From an uncultured Candidatus Binatia bacterium (lineage in GTDB: Bacteria; Desulfobacterota; Binatia; Bin18): a stretch of 64,000 nt of DNA. Below the pieces are notes generated by a model. It was not told the origin of the DNA, made no database searches, and saw only the letters and a program-made list of their open reading frames with translations. How positions within the stretch are numbered: position 1 is the stretch's first letter; every line of letters begins with the position of its first letter. A program made the position numbers and the translations under genes. Shown piece after piece: positions 29,061 through 38,447 of this stretch. The stretch covers positions 3,552,001-3,616,000 of the forward strand of contig OZ243961.1 of NCBI GenBank assembly GCA_965214605.1, in the 5' to 3' direction.

Positions 29061-31050
29061 CAGCTTCTCCTTCCATGTGTTCGCCAGTGCGGGCCAGCGC
29101 CAGCACCCGGCGTTCAGCCGGGTTGGGGGCCAGGGTGATACAGGTGCCCAGAATGAGGACAAAGCCGCCGATCCAAATCCAGGACAGGAGCGGATTCACA
29201 AAGACCTGAAAGGTTGCCAGCCCCGACGGAGCGTCATAACTGCCCAGCACGACATACAGGTCTTCCAACAGACTGGGGCGGATAGAGACCTCTGTGGTCG
29301 GCTGCTGCTGCTTTTTATAGAGGCGTTTTTCCGGCCGCAGGGTGTCGATGTGGCGTCCGTCCACAAAGACCCTCACGGCGGCGATTTGGGCGGAATAATG
29401 GGCGTCGTCATACGGTATAATGCCAGCGTACTCCAGGCTGTAGCGCCCGACCACAAAGCGCTGTCCGTGCTCCACCGTGCGTTGTTCCTCAAGCTTGAAA
29501 AAGGAAGAGCCAGCGATGCCGATGCTGATCAACACCACACCGACGTGGACCACATAGCCGCCGTAGCGGCGCGGGTTCTTGCTCACCAGTTTCCCCAGTG
29601 CCCGGGGCGAACTCTCGTGCAGCATGGTTTGGCGAGCCCGCGTGCCACGATAAAACTCGGCAACAATGGTGCCCAGCACAAAGCCGGCGATGGAAAAAAC
29701 GGTAACGGCATAGTAGTGGCGATAGCCGAACAGAAAGAAGATCAGCCCGGTCGCCAGCCCCCACACCAGTGGGGTGATGAAGTTTCGCCTCAGGCTCTTG
29801 GGGCTCGCCCGTCGCCAGGCAATGACTGGGCCGACTCCGGTCAGAAACAGCAGCACGACGCCCAGGGGGGCGTTAACCTGATTAAAAAATGGGGGGCCAA
29901 CGGTGATTTTGACTCCCCGCACCCATTCCGAGAGGATCGGAAAAACCGTGCCCCAGAAAGTGGCGAAGGCCAACCCGACAAGGACTAGATTGTTGAGCAG
30001 AAAAGCCGATTCACGGGACAGGATGGAATCTAGCTCGTTGTCGCTTTTGAGCTCGGGTAAACGGTACACCAATAGGCCGAGCGAGCCGGTCAAGATCAGC
30101 ACCAGAAAGACTAGAAAATATGGACCTAAACCGGACTGAGTAAAGGAATGGACCGAAGAGATGACCCCGCTGCGGGTCAAAAACGTCCCAAATATGGTCA
30201 GTGCAAAGGTGAGGATGACCAGGATCATGTTCCACACCTTAAGCATGTTCTTCTTCTCTTGAATCATGACTGAGTGGAGATACGCGGTGGCCGTAAACCA
30301 GGGCATGATGGCGGCATTTTCGACCGGGTCCCAGGCCCAATAGCCACCCCAGCCTAGGACTTCATAGGCCCACCGACCGCCTAGCAGATTGCCCATCGAC
30401 AAGAAAAACCAGGCCGTTAAGGCCCAGCGTCGGGTGGTCTGAATCCACACCGGGCCAAGCTTGCCGGTTGCCAGAGCGGCCATGGCAAACGCAAACGGGA
30501 CAGCGGCGCTGATATACCCCAGGTAGAGTGCCGGGGGGTGGATGGTCATCCAATAGTTTTGCAGCAGGGGATTTAAGTCTGAGCCCTCGGCTGGGGTAAA
30601 CGTCAACCGTTCAAAAGGCGGAGTAATGAAACACAGCAGGCCTAGAAAGAAGAGACTGATCGTCATCAGGCTAGCAGTGACATACGGCATCAACTCTCGG
30701 TTTTTGTCTCGATTTTGGACCTGGACGATGGCGCTAAAACATACCAGGATCAGGGTCCAGAATAGCAGCGACCCCTTTTGGCCGCCCCAAAAGGCGGCAA
30801 GCTTGTACTGGATGGGTAAGGTCGAGCTGGAATAGCTGGCCACGTACTCGACATTAAAATCTTCGGTCAGCAGAGCATGAATCAAGACGGTCGAGGCAAT
30901 GACGACACAGCCGCACACGGCATATACTGCCTGGCTGCCACTGACGACCCACGCCCGGCGTCCTTGCCGCGTTCCCCACAGACTGCTGCCCACGGCATAG
31001 GCCGCCAACACCAGGGCCAGATACAGAGCAAGAGAACCAATATGTGTCAT
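29050..31050 (-). CDS. ccmF: Heme lyase CcmF
   Basis: WGGQKGSLLFW, LNPLLQ..IHPP, WAYEVLGWGGYWAWDPVEN, TRSGVISSVHSF. Confidence 0.97.
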   Translation of the reverse strand: MTHIGSLALYLALVLAAYAVGSSLWGTRQGRRAWVVSGSQAVYAVCGCVVIASTVLIHALLTEDFNVEYVASYSSSTLPIQYKLAAFWGGQKGSLLFWTLILVCFSAIVQVQNRDKNRELMPYVTASLMTISLFFLGLLCFITPPFERLTFTPAEGSDLNPLLQNYWMTIHPPALYLGYISAAVPFAFAMAALATGKLGPVWIQTTRRWALTAWFFLSMGNLLGGRWAYEVLGWGGYWAWDPVENAAIMPWFTATAYLHSVMIQEKKNMLKVWNMILVILTFALTIFGTFLTRSGVISSVHSFTQSGLGPYFLVFLVLILTGSLGLLVYRLPELKSDNELDSILSRESAFLLNNLVLVGLAFATFWGTVFPILSEWVRGVKITVGPPFFNQVNAPLGVVLLFLTGVGPVIAWRRASPKSLRRNFITPLVWGLATGLIFFLFGYRHYYAVTVFSIAGFVLGTIVAEFYRGTRARQTMLHESSPRALGKLVSKNPRRYGGYVVHVGVVLISIGIAGSSFFKLEEQRTVEHGQRFVVGRYSLEYAGIIPYDDAHYSAQIAAVRVFVDGRHIDTLRPEKRLYKKQQQPTTEVSIRPSLLEDLYVVLGSYDAPSGLATFQVFVNPLLSWIWIGGFVLILGTCITLAPNPAERRVLALARTGEHMEGEAVAD

Positions 31051-31065
31051 AGGCGTAGGAAGCGC

Positions 31066-31569
31066 TCAGTAACGCGAAGCCACGACTGTGCCGTCCTGCA
31101 AAGCGAACGATAATGTTTTGCTGTTCTGGTGGTTATCCGCGTTCACTTTGTCAATCTCGGCCTCATATTTCGACGGGCAGCTCGTCATAACGGTCGTGGC
31201 CTGCAGCGTGTCTGCTCCAGGGGTATAATGTCCCTCAACGATCACGTCCCGCTCCTCGGCAAACATGTCGGGCAGCACCCCTTGATAGTGAACGGCCAGG
31301 CCTGGCGTATCGGCCAGCTGGCCGTTTTGGTCGACCCCTACCATGGTGAAGTAGAGTGTGAGGTCTTTGGGATCCCAGTTAACAGAACCGCTTTGGACCC
31401 GTCCGGCGACGCGTATGCCAGCGTTTGCCAAGGCTTCCTTTTGTGGCAGAAATTCTTCCAGAGTCAGATAATAGGTGCTCGTTTCACGGATACCAGTATA
31501 CATCAGATAGCCGACCGCACCTACCATGAGCGCTACACCAATCAGAAATTTTCCTCGGGGTGTCATCAC
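31066..31569 (-). CDS. ccmE: Heme chaperone CcmE, Cys-type (CxxxY)
   Basis: N-terminal TM, RVAGRV..GS, PDMF...DVIVEG, TSCPSKY. Confidence 0.93.
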   Translation of the reverse strand: MMTPRGKFLIGVALMVGAVGYLMYTGIRETSTYYLTLEEFLPQKEALANAGIRVAGRVQSGSVNWDPKDLTLYFTMVGVDQNGQLADTPGLAVHYQGVLPDMFAEERDVIVEGHYTPGADTLQATTVMTSCPSKYEAEIDKVNADNHQNSKTLSFALQDGTVVASRY

Positions 31570-31684
31570 CTCACAGCTACCTTATTTTCTTTTTCCACGC
31601 AAGCAAGTGGCTCGCCGGATTGATTGACTTTCCAATCGTCATTCTATATGTGGGTGGAGTCTATACGCGTCTCCTAGGAGTTCT

Positions 31685-33169
31685 ATGTTTGAAGCGCTAA
31701 GTGAAAAGTTGGACGTTGTTCTGCGCCGTGTGCGCGGGCCGGGAAGACTGACCGAAAAGAACATTGAGCAGGCTTTACGTGAGGTGCGGCTGGCGCTGCT
31801 CGAAGCCGATGTGAATTTTCGGGTGGTTCGAGACTTTATTGAGCGGGTCAAGAATCAGGTCTTGGGCCAAGAGATCACGGCCAGCCTGTCGCCCGGCCAG
31901 CAGCTGGTCAAGGTCGTCAACGACGAGCTGATCGTTTTGCTAGGCGGCCAGCACACCGAGCTGAACCTGTCGGCCGCTCCACCGATCGTGATTTTGCTCG
32001 TCGGTCTGAACGGCTCGGGTAAAACCACCACGGCTGGCAAGTTGGCCCGCTATCTCAAAGTTGAACAGGCCCGCGCGCCCTACCTCGTCCCAGCCGACAC
32101 CTTCCGTCCGGCTGCTATTGATCAACTGCGCATTATTGGCCAAGAAGTCGGGGTACCGGTGTACCCGACCCCTAACGACGGTTCGGCGGCCGATCCGGTC
32201 AGGATTGCAGCCGCCGGTGTTGACGCCGCCCGGCGCCGGGGGGCGGATGTGGTCATCATCGACACCGCCGGCCGACAGCAGATCGACACCGACCTGATGG
32301 AGCAGCTCGGTCAGCTCAAGGCCGCCGTCAATCCGCATCAGACCTTGCTTGTGGCCGATGCCATGACCGGCCAAGAGGCGGTCAATGTGGCCCAAGGTTT
32401 CCATTCGCAGCTAGCGCTTGACGGCGTTATCCTGACCAAGGTTGAGGGCGACGCCCGGGGTGGGGCGGCCCTGTCACTGCGCTCGGTGACCGGCAAGCCA
32501 ATCGTCTTCATCGGGATCGGGGAAAAGCTTGATGCTCTGGAAGCCTTTTATCCAGATCGGGCTGCATCGCGTATCCTGGGCATGGGCGATATGTTGTCGC
32601 TGATCGAGAAGGCTGAAAAGGTCTACGATCAGCAACAGGCCGAGGTGCTCGAAAAAAAGCTGCGTAAAAACCAGTTTACCCTGGCAGATTTTGCCGAGCA
32701 GATGCGGATGCTCAAAAAAATGGGCTCAATCTCCGACCTCATGTCTCTGATCCCAGGTGGCAAAAAGGCCATGCAGAACACCGACATGGACCAGACCGAG
32801 AAAGAATTCAGGCGCGTTGAAGCCATTATCTCGTCCATGACCAAACAGGAGCGACGTCGGCCCGAAGTGTTAAACGGCAGTCGTCGACGGCGGATTGCAA
32901 ACGGCAGCGGGACACGGGTGGCCGAGGTGAATCGTTTCCTCAAGCAGTACGCGGAAGCCAAGAAGATGATGCATAAACTCTCCCAGTTCAACGGCGCAGG
33001 CCAGCTCGGCGCTCTGAAAAGCGAATCCGGTCTGGGCCAGTTGGGTCAACTGGCCCAGTTGGGAAAAAAGACCGGAAAGTCGGGCAAGACGTCGGGCAGG
33101 CCGGGTAAAATGAGTAAACTGGCCAAAAAGGCCCACAAAGCACGTAAATCGCTGTCATTCTGGGGGTAA
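31685..33169 (+). CDS. ffh: Signal recognition particle protein
   Basis: [55 protein letters not shown]. Confidence 0.98.
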   Translation: MFEALSEKLDVVLRRVRGPGRLTEKNIEQALREVRLALLEADVNFRVVRDFIERVKNQVLGQEITASLSPGQQLVKVVNDELIVLLGGQHTELNLSAAPPIVILLVGLNGSGKTTTAGKLARYLKVEQARAPYLVPADTFRPAAIDQLRIIGQEVGVPVYPTPNDGSAADPVRIAAAGVDAARRRGADVVIIDTAGRQQIDTDLMEQLGQLKAAVNPHQTLLVADAMTGQEAVNVAQGFHSQLALDGVILTKVEGDARGGAALSLRSVTGKPIVFIGIGEKLDALEAFYPDRAASRILGMGDMLSLIEKAEKVYDQQQAEVLEKKLRKNQFTLADFAEQMRMLKKMGSISDLMSLIPGGKKAMQNTDMDQTEKEFRRVEAIISSMTKQERRRPEVLNGSRRRRIANGSGTRVAEVNRFLKQYAEAKKMMHKLSQFNGAGQLGALKSESGLGQLGQLAQLGKKTGKSGKTSGRPGKMSKLAKKAHKARKSLSFWG

Positions 33170-33176
33170 AAAATCT

Positions 33177-33431
33177 ATGGTTAAAATTCGGCTGGCCCGT
33201 CATGGGGCCAAAAAACGCCCTTTTTATCGTATTGTCGCGGCTGATTCACGTTTTCCGCGTGACGGCCGTTTTATCGAACAACTCGGATTCTACGATCCCA
33301 CCAAGGACCCGGCCGTTGTGCAGCTCAAAACGGACAAACTGAACAAATGGCTACAAAACGGCGCTCAACCGACCGATACTGTTGCTCGGCTGATTAAAAA
33401 GAAAAAGGCCGGGCAGGAACCTGTCGCCTAA
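33177..33431 (+). CDS. rpsP: 30S ribosomal protein S16
   Basis: [32 protein letters not shown]. Confidence 0.98.
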   Translation: MVKIRLARHGAKKRPFYRIVAADSRFPRDGRFIEQLGFYDPTKDPAVVQLKTDKLNKWLQNGAQPTDTVARLIKKKKAGQEPVA

Positions 33432-33450
33432 AGCGCACGGGGAACATCCT

Positions 33451-33687
33451 ATGAAGGATCTCGTCTTATACCTGGCCAAGGCTCTGGTGAACCATCCTGA
33501 CGAAGTCGAGGTGAACGAAATACCAGGCGAGACTGCCTCGATTCTCGAACTCCGAGTCTCAAAGGACGATCTGGGTCGGATTATTGGCAAACAGGGACGG
33601 ACTGCCAAGTCGATGCGGACTCTGCTCAATGCCGCAGCCTCACGGACAAATCGTAAAGTTGTCCTTGAAATCGTCGAAGAAAAATGA
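33451..33687 (+). CDS. khpA: KH-domain RNA-binding protein (UPF0109)
   Basis: DLGRIIGKQGRTA; conserved position after rpsP. Confidence 0.93.
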   Translation: MKDLVLYLAKALVNHPDEVEVNEIPGETASILELRVSKDDLGRIIGKQGRTAKSMRTLLNAAASRTNRKVVLEIVEEK

Positions 33688-34207
33688 CTCTCTGGGCAGA
33701 GACTGCCTTGTTTCGCTCGGCCGTCTGGTCAAGACGCACGGCGTGGGCGGGGAATTGCGTCTCCGGCCCTACGCGTCTCCCTGTCCGACTCTCAAAAAAG
33801 GGCTGATCGTCCAGCTTCAGGACCACGCCGGGCAACTGACCCCGGCTCGTATCACCAAGCTGCGGCCCCACCCTCCTCTTCTGCTGATCGGCTTTGAGGG
33901 GATAGTCTCACGTGAACAGGCCCAGAGTTTGTGTGGCCACATTGTTACGGTTCGTGAGCACCAACTCCCCCCGCTCCGAGACAACGAGTTCTACTATTAT
34001 CAGACGGTCGGGCTCACTGTCCTGACCACCGCCGGACAAGAGATCGGTACAGTGCGGGAGATCTTCTTCTCCGGCGGACATGACGTTTGGGTTGTGCGTC
34101 AGGGGAAGAAAGAGTACCTGATCCCTATTACCCAAGAAATTGTCCGTAGCATAGACATTCCGGGCCGACAATCAGTGATTGAGCCTTTGGAGGGGCTGCT
34201 CGACTGA
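33665..34207 (+). CDS. rimM: 16S rRNA processing protein RimM (start uncertain)
   Basis: [37 protein letters not shown]. Confidence 0.93.
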   Translation: MKSSKKNDSLGRDCLVSLGRLVKTHGVGGELRLRPYASPCPTLKKGLIVQLQDHAGQLTPARITKLRPHPPLLLIGFEGIVSREQAQSLCGHIVTVREHQLPPLRDNEFYYYQTVGLTVLTTAGQEIGTVREIFFSGGHDVWVVRQGKKEYLIPITQEIVRSIDIPGRQSVIEPLEGLLD

Positions 34208-34214
34208 GCGCTGT

Positions 34215-34979
34215 ATGCAGTTCCACGTCATTACCATCTTTCCCGACCTGTTCTCCTCACCGTTGTCGGTGAGCCTGTTAAAAAAGGCCCAAGACCGAGG
34301 GCTAGTGGCGTGTCATGTCCATAATTTGCGCGACTACGCGGGTGGTAAACATCGCTCCACCGATGATACGCCCTATGGTGGTGGCTATGGCATGGTCATG
34401 AAGCCCGAGCCGATCTTTGCCGCGCTCGAAGATGTGTGTCATCGACTGTCGCAGCCAAGACGTATTCTGTTATCCCCCCAGGGTACCCCGCTGACCCAAC
34501 ACAAGGTCGGTCAACTGGCGGCTGAGGGGGCGCTTGTGCTGGTGTGCGGACGCTATGAGGGGGTCGACGAGCGGGTCCGGGCGGCGGTCGATGAGGAGAT
34601 CTCGGTCGGCGATTATGTGTTGAGTGGTGGAGAAACCGCCGCCTTAGTCGTCATTGACGCGGTTGTCCGTCTCGTCCCCGGGGTGGTGGGCCGTCAAGAA
34701 TCGACCCAGGAAGAGTCGTTTAGCACCGGACTGTTGGAATACCCCCAGTATACTCGGCCTGAGGAATTCAGAGGGTTGCGCGTGCCCGAGGTGCTGCTGT
34801 CAGGTAACCATGCCGATATTGCCCGATGGCGGCGCCGTCAAGCGCTGTTGCGAACCCGTGATCGACGTCCCGAACTGTTGGACAGAGCCCCTCTCAGCCT
34901 GGAAGAGAAACAGTGGTTGGCAAGAAAGGGGGGCGATGATGACCATGAGAAGAAATCATCGCCCCCCTGTGGGAAGTAA
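34215..34979 (+). CDS. trmD: tRNA (guanine-37-N1)-methyltransferase
   Basis: [38 protein letters not shown]. Confidence 0.98.
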   Translation: MQFHVITIFPDLFSSPLSVSLLKKAQDRGLVACHVHNLRDYAGGKHRSTDDTPYGGGYGMVMKPEPIFAALEDVCHRLSQPRRILLSPQGTPLTQHKVGQLAAEGALVLVCGRYEGVDERVRAAVDEEISVGDYVLSGGETAALVVIDAVVRLVPGVVGRQESTQEESFSTGLLEYPQYTRPEEFRGLRVPEVLLSGNHADIARWRRRQALLRTRDRRPELLDRAPLSLEEKQWLARKGGDDDHEKKSSPPCGK

Positions 34980-34985
34980 CAACGC

Positions 34986-35573
34986 ATGGCTGATCTGTAT
35001 TTGGCCCTCCTCCATCACCCTGTCTATGACAAGGAGCACAAGGTGGTGACCACCTCAATCACTAATATGGACATCCATGATATCTCTCGCTCGGCAAAGA
35101 CGTATGGGGTCAAACGGTTCTTTGTCGTCAATCCGGTTCCAACCCTCCGTGCCCTGGCCGAGAAGATCGTAGACCACTGGCGGGTCGGTTACGGCAGCAC
35201 CTATAACGTAACCCGTAGAGACGCGCTCGAAATCGTTGCCTTAAGCCAGCATCTAGAGGACACGCTTGAGGCGGTGCAGCAAGAGGCTGGGGAACGGCCG
35301 CGGCTGATCGCCACCTCAGCCAGAGACGGTGGCGTACGTCTTTCATTTGTCGAGCTGCGGCACCGGCTTGAGAGCCCAGGACCTCCGTTGCTGATCCTGC
35401 TGGGTACCGGGTGGGGGCTGACCGAAGCGGTTTTGGATCGGGCCGATGATTTTCTTGAGCCAATTCATGGAACGGGCGTCTACAACCACCTGTCCGTTCG
35501 GGCGGCGGCAGCAGTTATCTTGGATCGGCTGCTGGGAGCACGGTCGCTTGACCGACCGACAGGGGCAGGATAA
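34986..35573 (+). CDS. SPOUT-class RNA methyltransferase (DUF2168-like)
   Basis: LALLHHPV, TNMDIHDISR, ATSAR, GTGWGL, YNHLSVR. Confidence 0.88.
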   Translation: MADLYLALLHHPVYDKEHKVVTTSITNMDIHDISRSAKTYGVKRFFVVNPVPTLRALAEKIVDHWRVGYGSTYNVTRRDALEIVALSQHLEDTLEAVQQEAGERPRLIATSARDGGVRLSFVELRHRLESPGPPLLILLGTGWGLTEAVLDRADDFLEPIHGTGVYNHLSVRAAAAVILDRLLGARSLDRPTGAG

Positions 35574-35745
35574 GCTGGTCCGTCCTTAGAGAGACAAGAG
35601 AAGACAACCCTAGCGCTTGGCATTCAGCCATCGGCCTTCAGCGAGCACAACGAGCGATTTTGACCAAAAGCGGGCAGGTCGACCCTACCCGCCGGATTCG
35701 CCCCTCCATGCTGATCGACCGCAGCGCTCAGAGAGGAACACGGCC

Positions 35746-36189
35746 ATGAGCAAGAGCATTGATCAGCTTGAAGCCCGCCAACTGAGAACAGATTTGCCCG
35801 ACTTCAAGCCTGGCGATACGGTCCGCGTCCACGCCAGAATCGTTGAAGGCGACAAGGAACGGATTCAGGTCTTTGAGGGTGTAGTGATCCGCCAGGCCAA
35901 TAGCGGCAACCGGACCACGTTTACCGTTCGGAAAATTTCCTACGGCGTCGGTGTTGAGCGTGTCTTTCCGCTCCACTCGCCACGGATTGATAAGATTGAA
36001 GTGACGGTGCGTGGTAAAGTTCGACGGGCCAAGCTGTACTATCTGCGTGGGCTGCGGGGGAAAGCCGCCCGGCTGAAAGGTGAGCGCGTGCGTCCTGTGT
36101 CAGAGAGTAAAAAGGCCAAAGCTGCGGCCCGAGTCCAATCCGCGGAAGCTGTGGCCCTGGGGACTGACACGGCTCAGTCTGCGAAATAG
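35746..36189 (+). CDS. rplS: 50S ribosomal protein L19
   Basis: [41 protein letters not shown]; GAGGA RBS. Confidence 0.98.
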   Translation: MSKSIDQLEARQLRTDLPDFKPGDTVRVHARIVEGDKERIQVFEGVVIRQANSGNRTTFTVRKISYGVGVERVFPLHSPRIDKIEVTVRGKVRRAKLYYLRGLRGKAARLKGERVRPVSESKKAKAAARVQSAEAVALGTDTAQSAK

Positions 36190-36215
36190 CCCCCAGTAGT
36201 GCCAGCCGGGCCCCC

Positions 36216-36947
36216 CTAGTCCCGCCCTCGTGAGTACTCCCACCAGGCTAGGCTGACCACCACCCCAGCCAGAATAATCGGGCTGGCATAGCCATAGGCG
36301 GGCGATGCATACGCCAGCAACTCGTCAAAGCGGCCAATCAGGATCGACATGCGAGCCATAACCGTATAGCCGAAAGCCGCGCCAAAGGAGACCATTAAGA
36401 AAGACATGCCGATGCGGGCCACGTAACGCGTGCCGGCCCTATGCTCGACCGAGAAGAAAAAATAAAACAGCACGCTCACCACCCCAACCAGAATAAGCAC
36501 GGTGTTTAGCTCGGCTAGACCAAGCCGCCAGCCCTCAGATCCGACTGACACCAAGGGTTTGAGGGTCCCCTGAACCTGTTGGAGGACAAACGAGGACAGC
36601 AGTCGAGGGATGGCGACGCCAGAACTGATCCCCAGGATAAAGGCAAAAGCAATCCGGCTCAGCCAGGCCCAGGGCGGAACCAAACGTGCCAGCATGAAGA
36701 GGCCTAGTCCGGCGGCGGCGAGCAAAAGCCAGTCGGCCTGCTCGACCAACGGCACATAGAGCTTTTTGACCATTACCTCGTGGTAGGTAATGGTCAGCAC
36801 ATAGCCGACTGAGGCGCCGACAAAAATGTGTTCGGCCAGCTTAAAGAGGGGGTTGTCTTTGTACAAGAAACTGTAGATGAATAGACTCAGCAGGCTGGCC
36901 ACCCAGGCGCCGAACACAAGCTCGCTACTGGCTAGCTGAGGGCTCAT
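36216..36947 (-). CDS. Polytopic membrane protein of unknown function (about 7 TM)
   Basis: ATGA overlap with the upstream gene; motifs YKDNPLFKLAEHIFVG and FGAAFGYTVMARMS. Confidence 0.85.
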   Translation of the reverse strand: MSPQLASSELVFGAWVASLLSLFIYSFLYKDNPLFKLAEHIFVGASVGYVLTITYHEVMVKKLYVPLVEQADWLLLAAAGLGLFMLARLVPPWAWLSRIAFAFILGISSGVAIPRLLSSFVLQQVQGTLKPLVSVGSEGWRLGLAELNTVLILVGVVSVLFYFFFSVEHRAGTRYVARIGMSFLMVSFGAAFGYTVMARMSILIGRFDELLAYASPAYGYASPIILAGVVVSLAWWEYSRGRD

Positions 36948-37792
36948 GACGACCGTCTCCCCGAATCTCGCCCGGCTTGGCCGCTCAGAAAATACAGTCC
37001 GTTGCACACCACGATCAGCCCAATGATCAGAAAGTGAGTTGTCGACTGGGCGTCCATACCGGCGCTGGCCTTACCTGGCATATTGAGCAGGGTTTCATAC
37101 TCTGCCGCACCCCGCAGGCCACCCAACAAGCCTTGAATCTGGCCAGTATTCAGCAGCGGATAAAACTTGGGCACGCTGACCGCAACACTGCCGCCGCCCA
37201 GCTCAAAGCCGTATTTTTCCTTGCCGTACACGTACCAGGTATCTAGGCCAGGAAAACCGGCACTCAGACTGAAGACGTAGGTGACATCTCGCAGGCTGCG
37301 AATCTTGCTGACGACCGGAAGCGTCGGTGTTGGCGTGCCGTAATAATCGGTCGGAAAGGCCGTATACAGATCCTGACCCATGCTCAGAATAGCGTTGGCT
37401 TCGCCCGGCGCATAGCCCAGAAAAACGTAATCTTGGCCGTAGACCTTGCCAAACTCCTGCCCAATTTGGGTCAGGACCGACTCGGCCATACTCGTTCCAG
37501 TCGACCATAAGGTGAGGCCGATGAGGGTGAGGTTGCGGCGAAAGGTATGGCGTAGGAGGGCGACCGTCATCGGCTGCAGCTCCGGTTTGGAGGCCGGATC
37601 ATAGTCAAACGAAATCACCACATGGGCGCCCTCGGGCAGCTGCTCAATATAGTTGTAGACGCGTTGAACCTCGGCCGAAATACGGATCGGCAGGCCAAGT
37701 GGATAGAGCAGTGGGATGAGGACGAACAGACTGATAAGGATGAAAATAAAACGGCGGTCAAGGCTGAGGATACGCTGAGCAAAGTCTCGCAT
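36944..37792 (-). CDS. Membrane protein: TM, soluble alpha/beta domain, TM; function unknown
   Basis: N-terminal TM after DRR; FDYDPASKPELQPM, YGQDYVFLGY, GLLGGLRGAAEYE; C-terminal TM. Confidence 0.85.
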   Translation of the reverse strand: MRDFAQRILSLDRRFIFILISLFVLIPLLYPLGLPIRISAEVQRVYNYIEQLPEGAHVVISFDYDPASKPELQPMTVALLRHTFRRNLTLIGLTLWSTGTSMAESVLTQIGQEFGKVYGQDYVFLGYAPGEANAILSMGQDLYTAFPTDYYGTPTPTLPVVSKIRSLRDVTYVFSLSAGFPGLDTWYVYGKEKYGFELGGGSVAVSVPKFYPLLNTGQIQGLLGGLRGAAEYETLLNMPGKASAGMDAQSTTHFLIIGLIVVCNGLYFLSGQAGRDSGRRSS

Positions 37793-37802
37793 ACTACCGT
37801 TC

Positions 37803-38441
37803 CTACTCATCCTCTCCGCCCAAATAGGACCGTTCAACACCAAAAATAATCTTGATTGAGGTCGCGATGCCGCCCAGACTGACGCCGATTAAGATGGCCC
37901 GTTGAGCCGCGGTATTGGGCACCTGCATAATCCAGTCCGCAGTTTGTCCCAGACCAGCTAGCATGTATTCGCCAAGCGGGACCCGGCCGGCCATGACGAT
38001 AAGGGCGGCGATGAGCAAGACGCTTGCCTCTAGGGTGCGCGCCCGAAAGGCGCGATAGGCCGCCGAGGCGACAAAAAAGGCCAGCAGCGAGAACATCGTG
38101 CTCTGCAGGACGACGATGACATAGCTGTACAGCCAGCCAAACGCGCTACCCTCGGCTTTGCCCCCGGACCACAGGCCTGCCCCAAGAACGATCAGCAGTG
38201 ACACAAACAGGACACCGCTGTAGCCCCAACCGGCCTCTTGGCGTGCGATCTTGACATAATGGACGTGCAGCAAGCTGCCGACACCGAGGAGAATCGCAAA
38301 CCCGGCGATAATCTGATTCCAGACCGAGACTTCAGTCAGCAGCGCCTCTGAGGCCGGATGGGGAATGTAGTACTGAGCGGTGAACGTCAGGCCTAGCACA
38401 AAAGCGATGAGCAATGGGAGAGTCCGTTTCCAGAAAGTCAT
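37803..38441 (-). CDS. Polytopic membrane protein of unknown function (about 6 TM)
   Basis: AGGAG RBS; TMFSLLAFFVASAAYRAFRAR, PNTAAQRAI, GVERSYLG. Confidence 0.85.
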   Translation of the reverse strand: MTFWKRTLPLLIAFVLGLTFTAQYYIPHPASEALLTEVSVWNQIIAGFAILLGVGSLLHVHYVKIARQEAGWGYSGVLFVSLLIVLGAGLWSGGKAEGSAFGWLYSYVIVVLQSTMFSLLAFFVASAAYRAFRARTLEASVLLIAALIVMAGRVPLGEYMLAGLGQTADWIMQVPNTAAQRAILIGVSLGGIATSIKIIFGVERSYLGGEDE

Positions 38442-38447
38442 ACGCTC

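Noticed and set aside
26372-29988. Long plus-strand ORFs (26372-27355, 28858-29988) and similar antisense ORFs elsewhere (7693-8619, 60143-61009)
   Set aside because: Shadow frames of well-supported genes in GC-rich DNA, with no motifs.
35574-35745. Structured RNA leader upstream of rplS
   Set aside because: Only weak hairpins and no recognisable family.
20110-36189. Absence of rsmA after pdxA and of rnhB after rplS
   Set aside because: Ordinary gene-order variation; the genes may be elsewhere in the genome.
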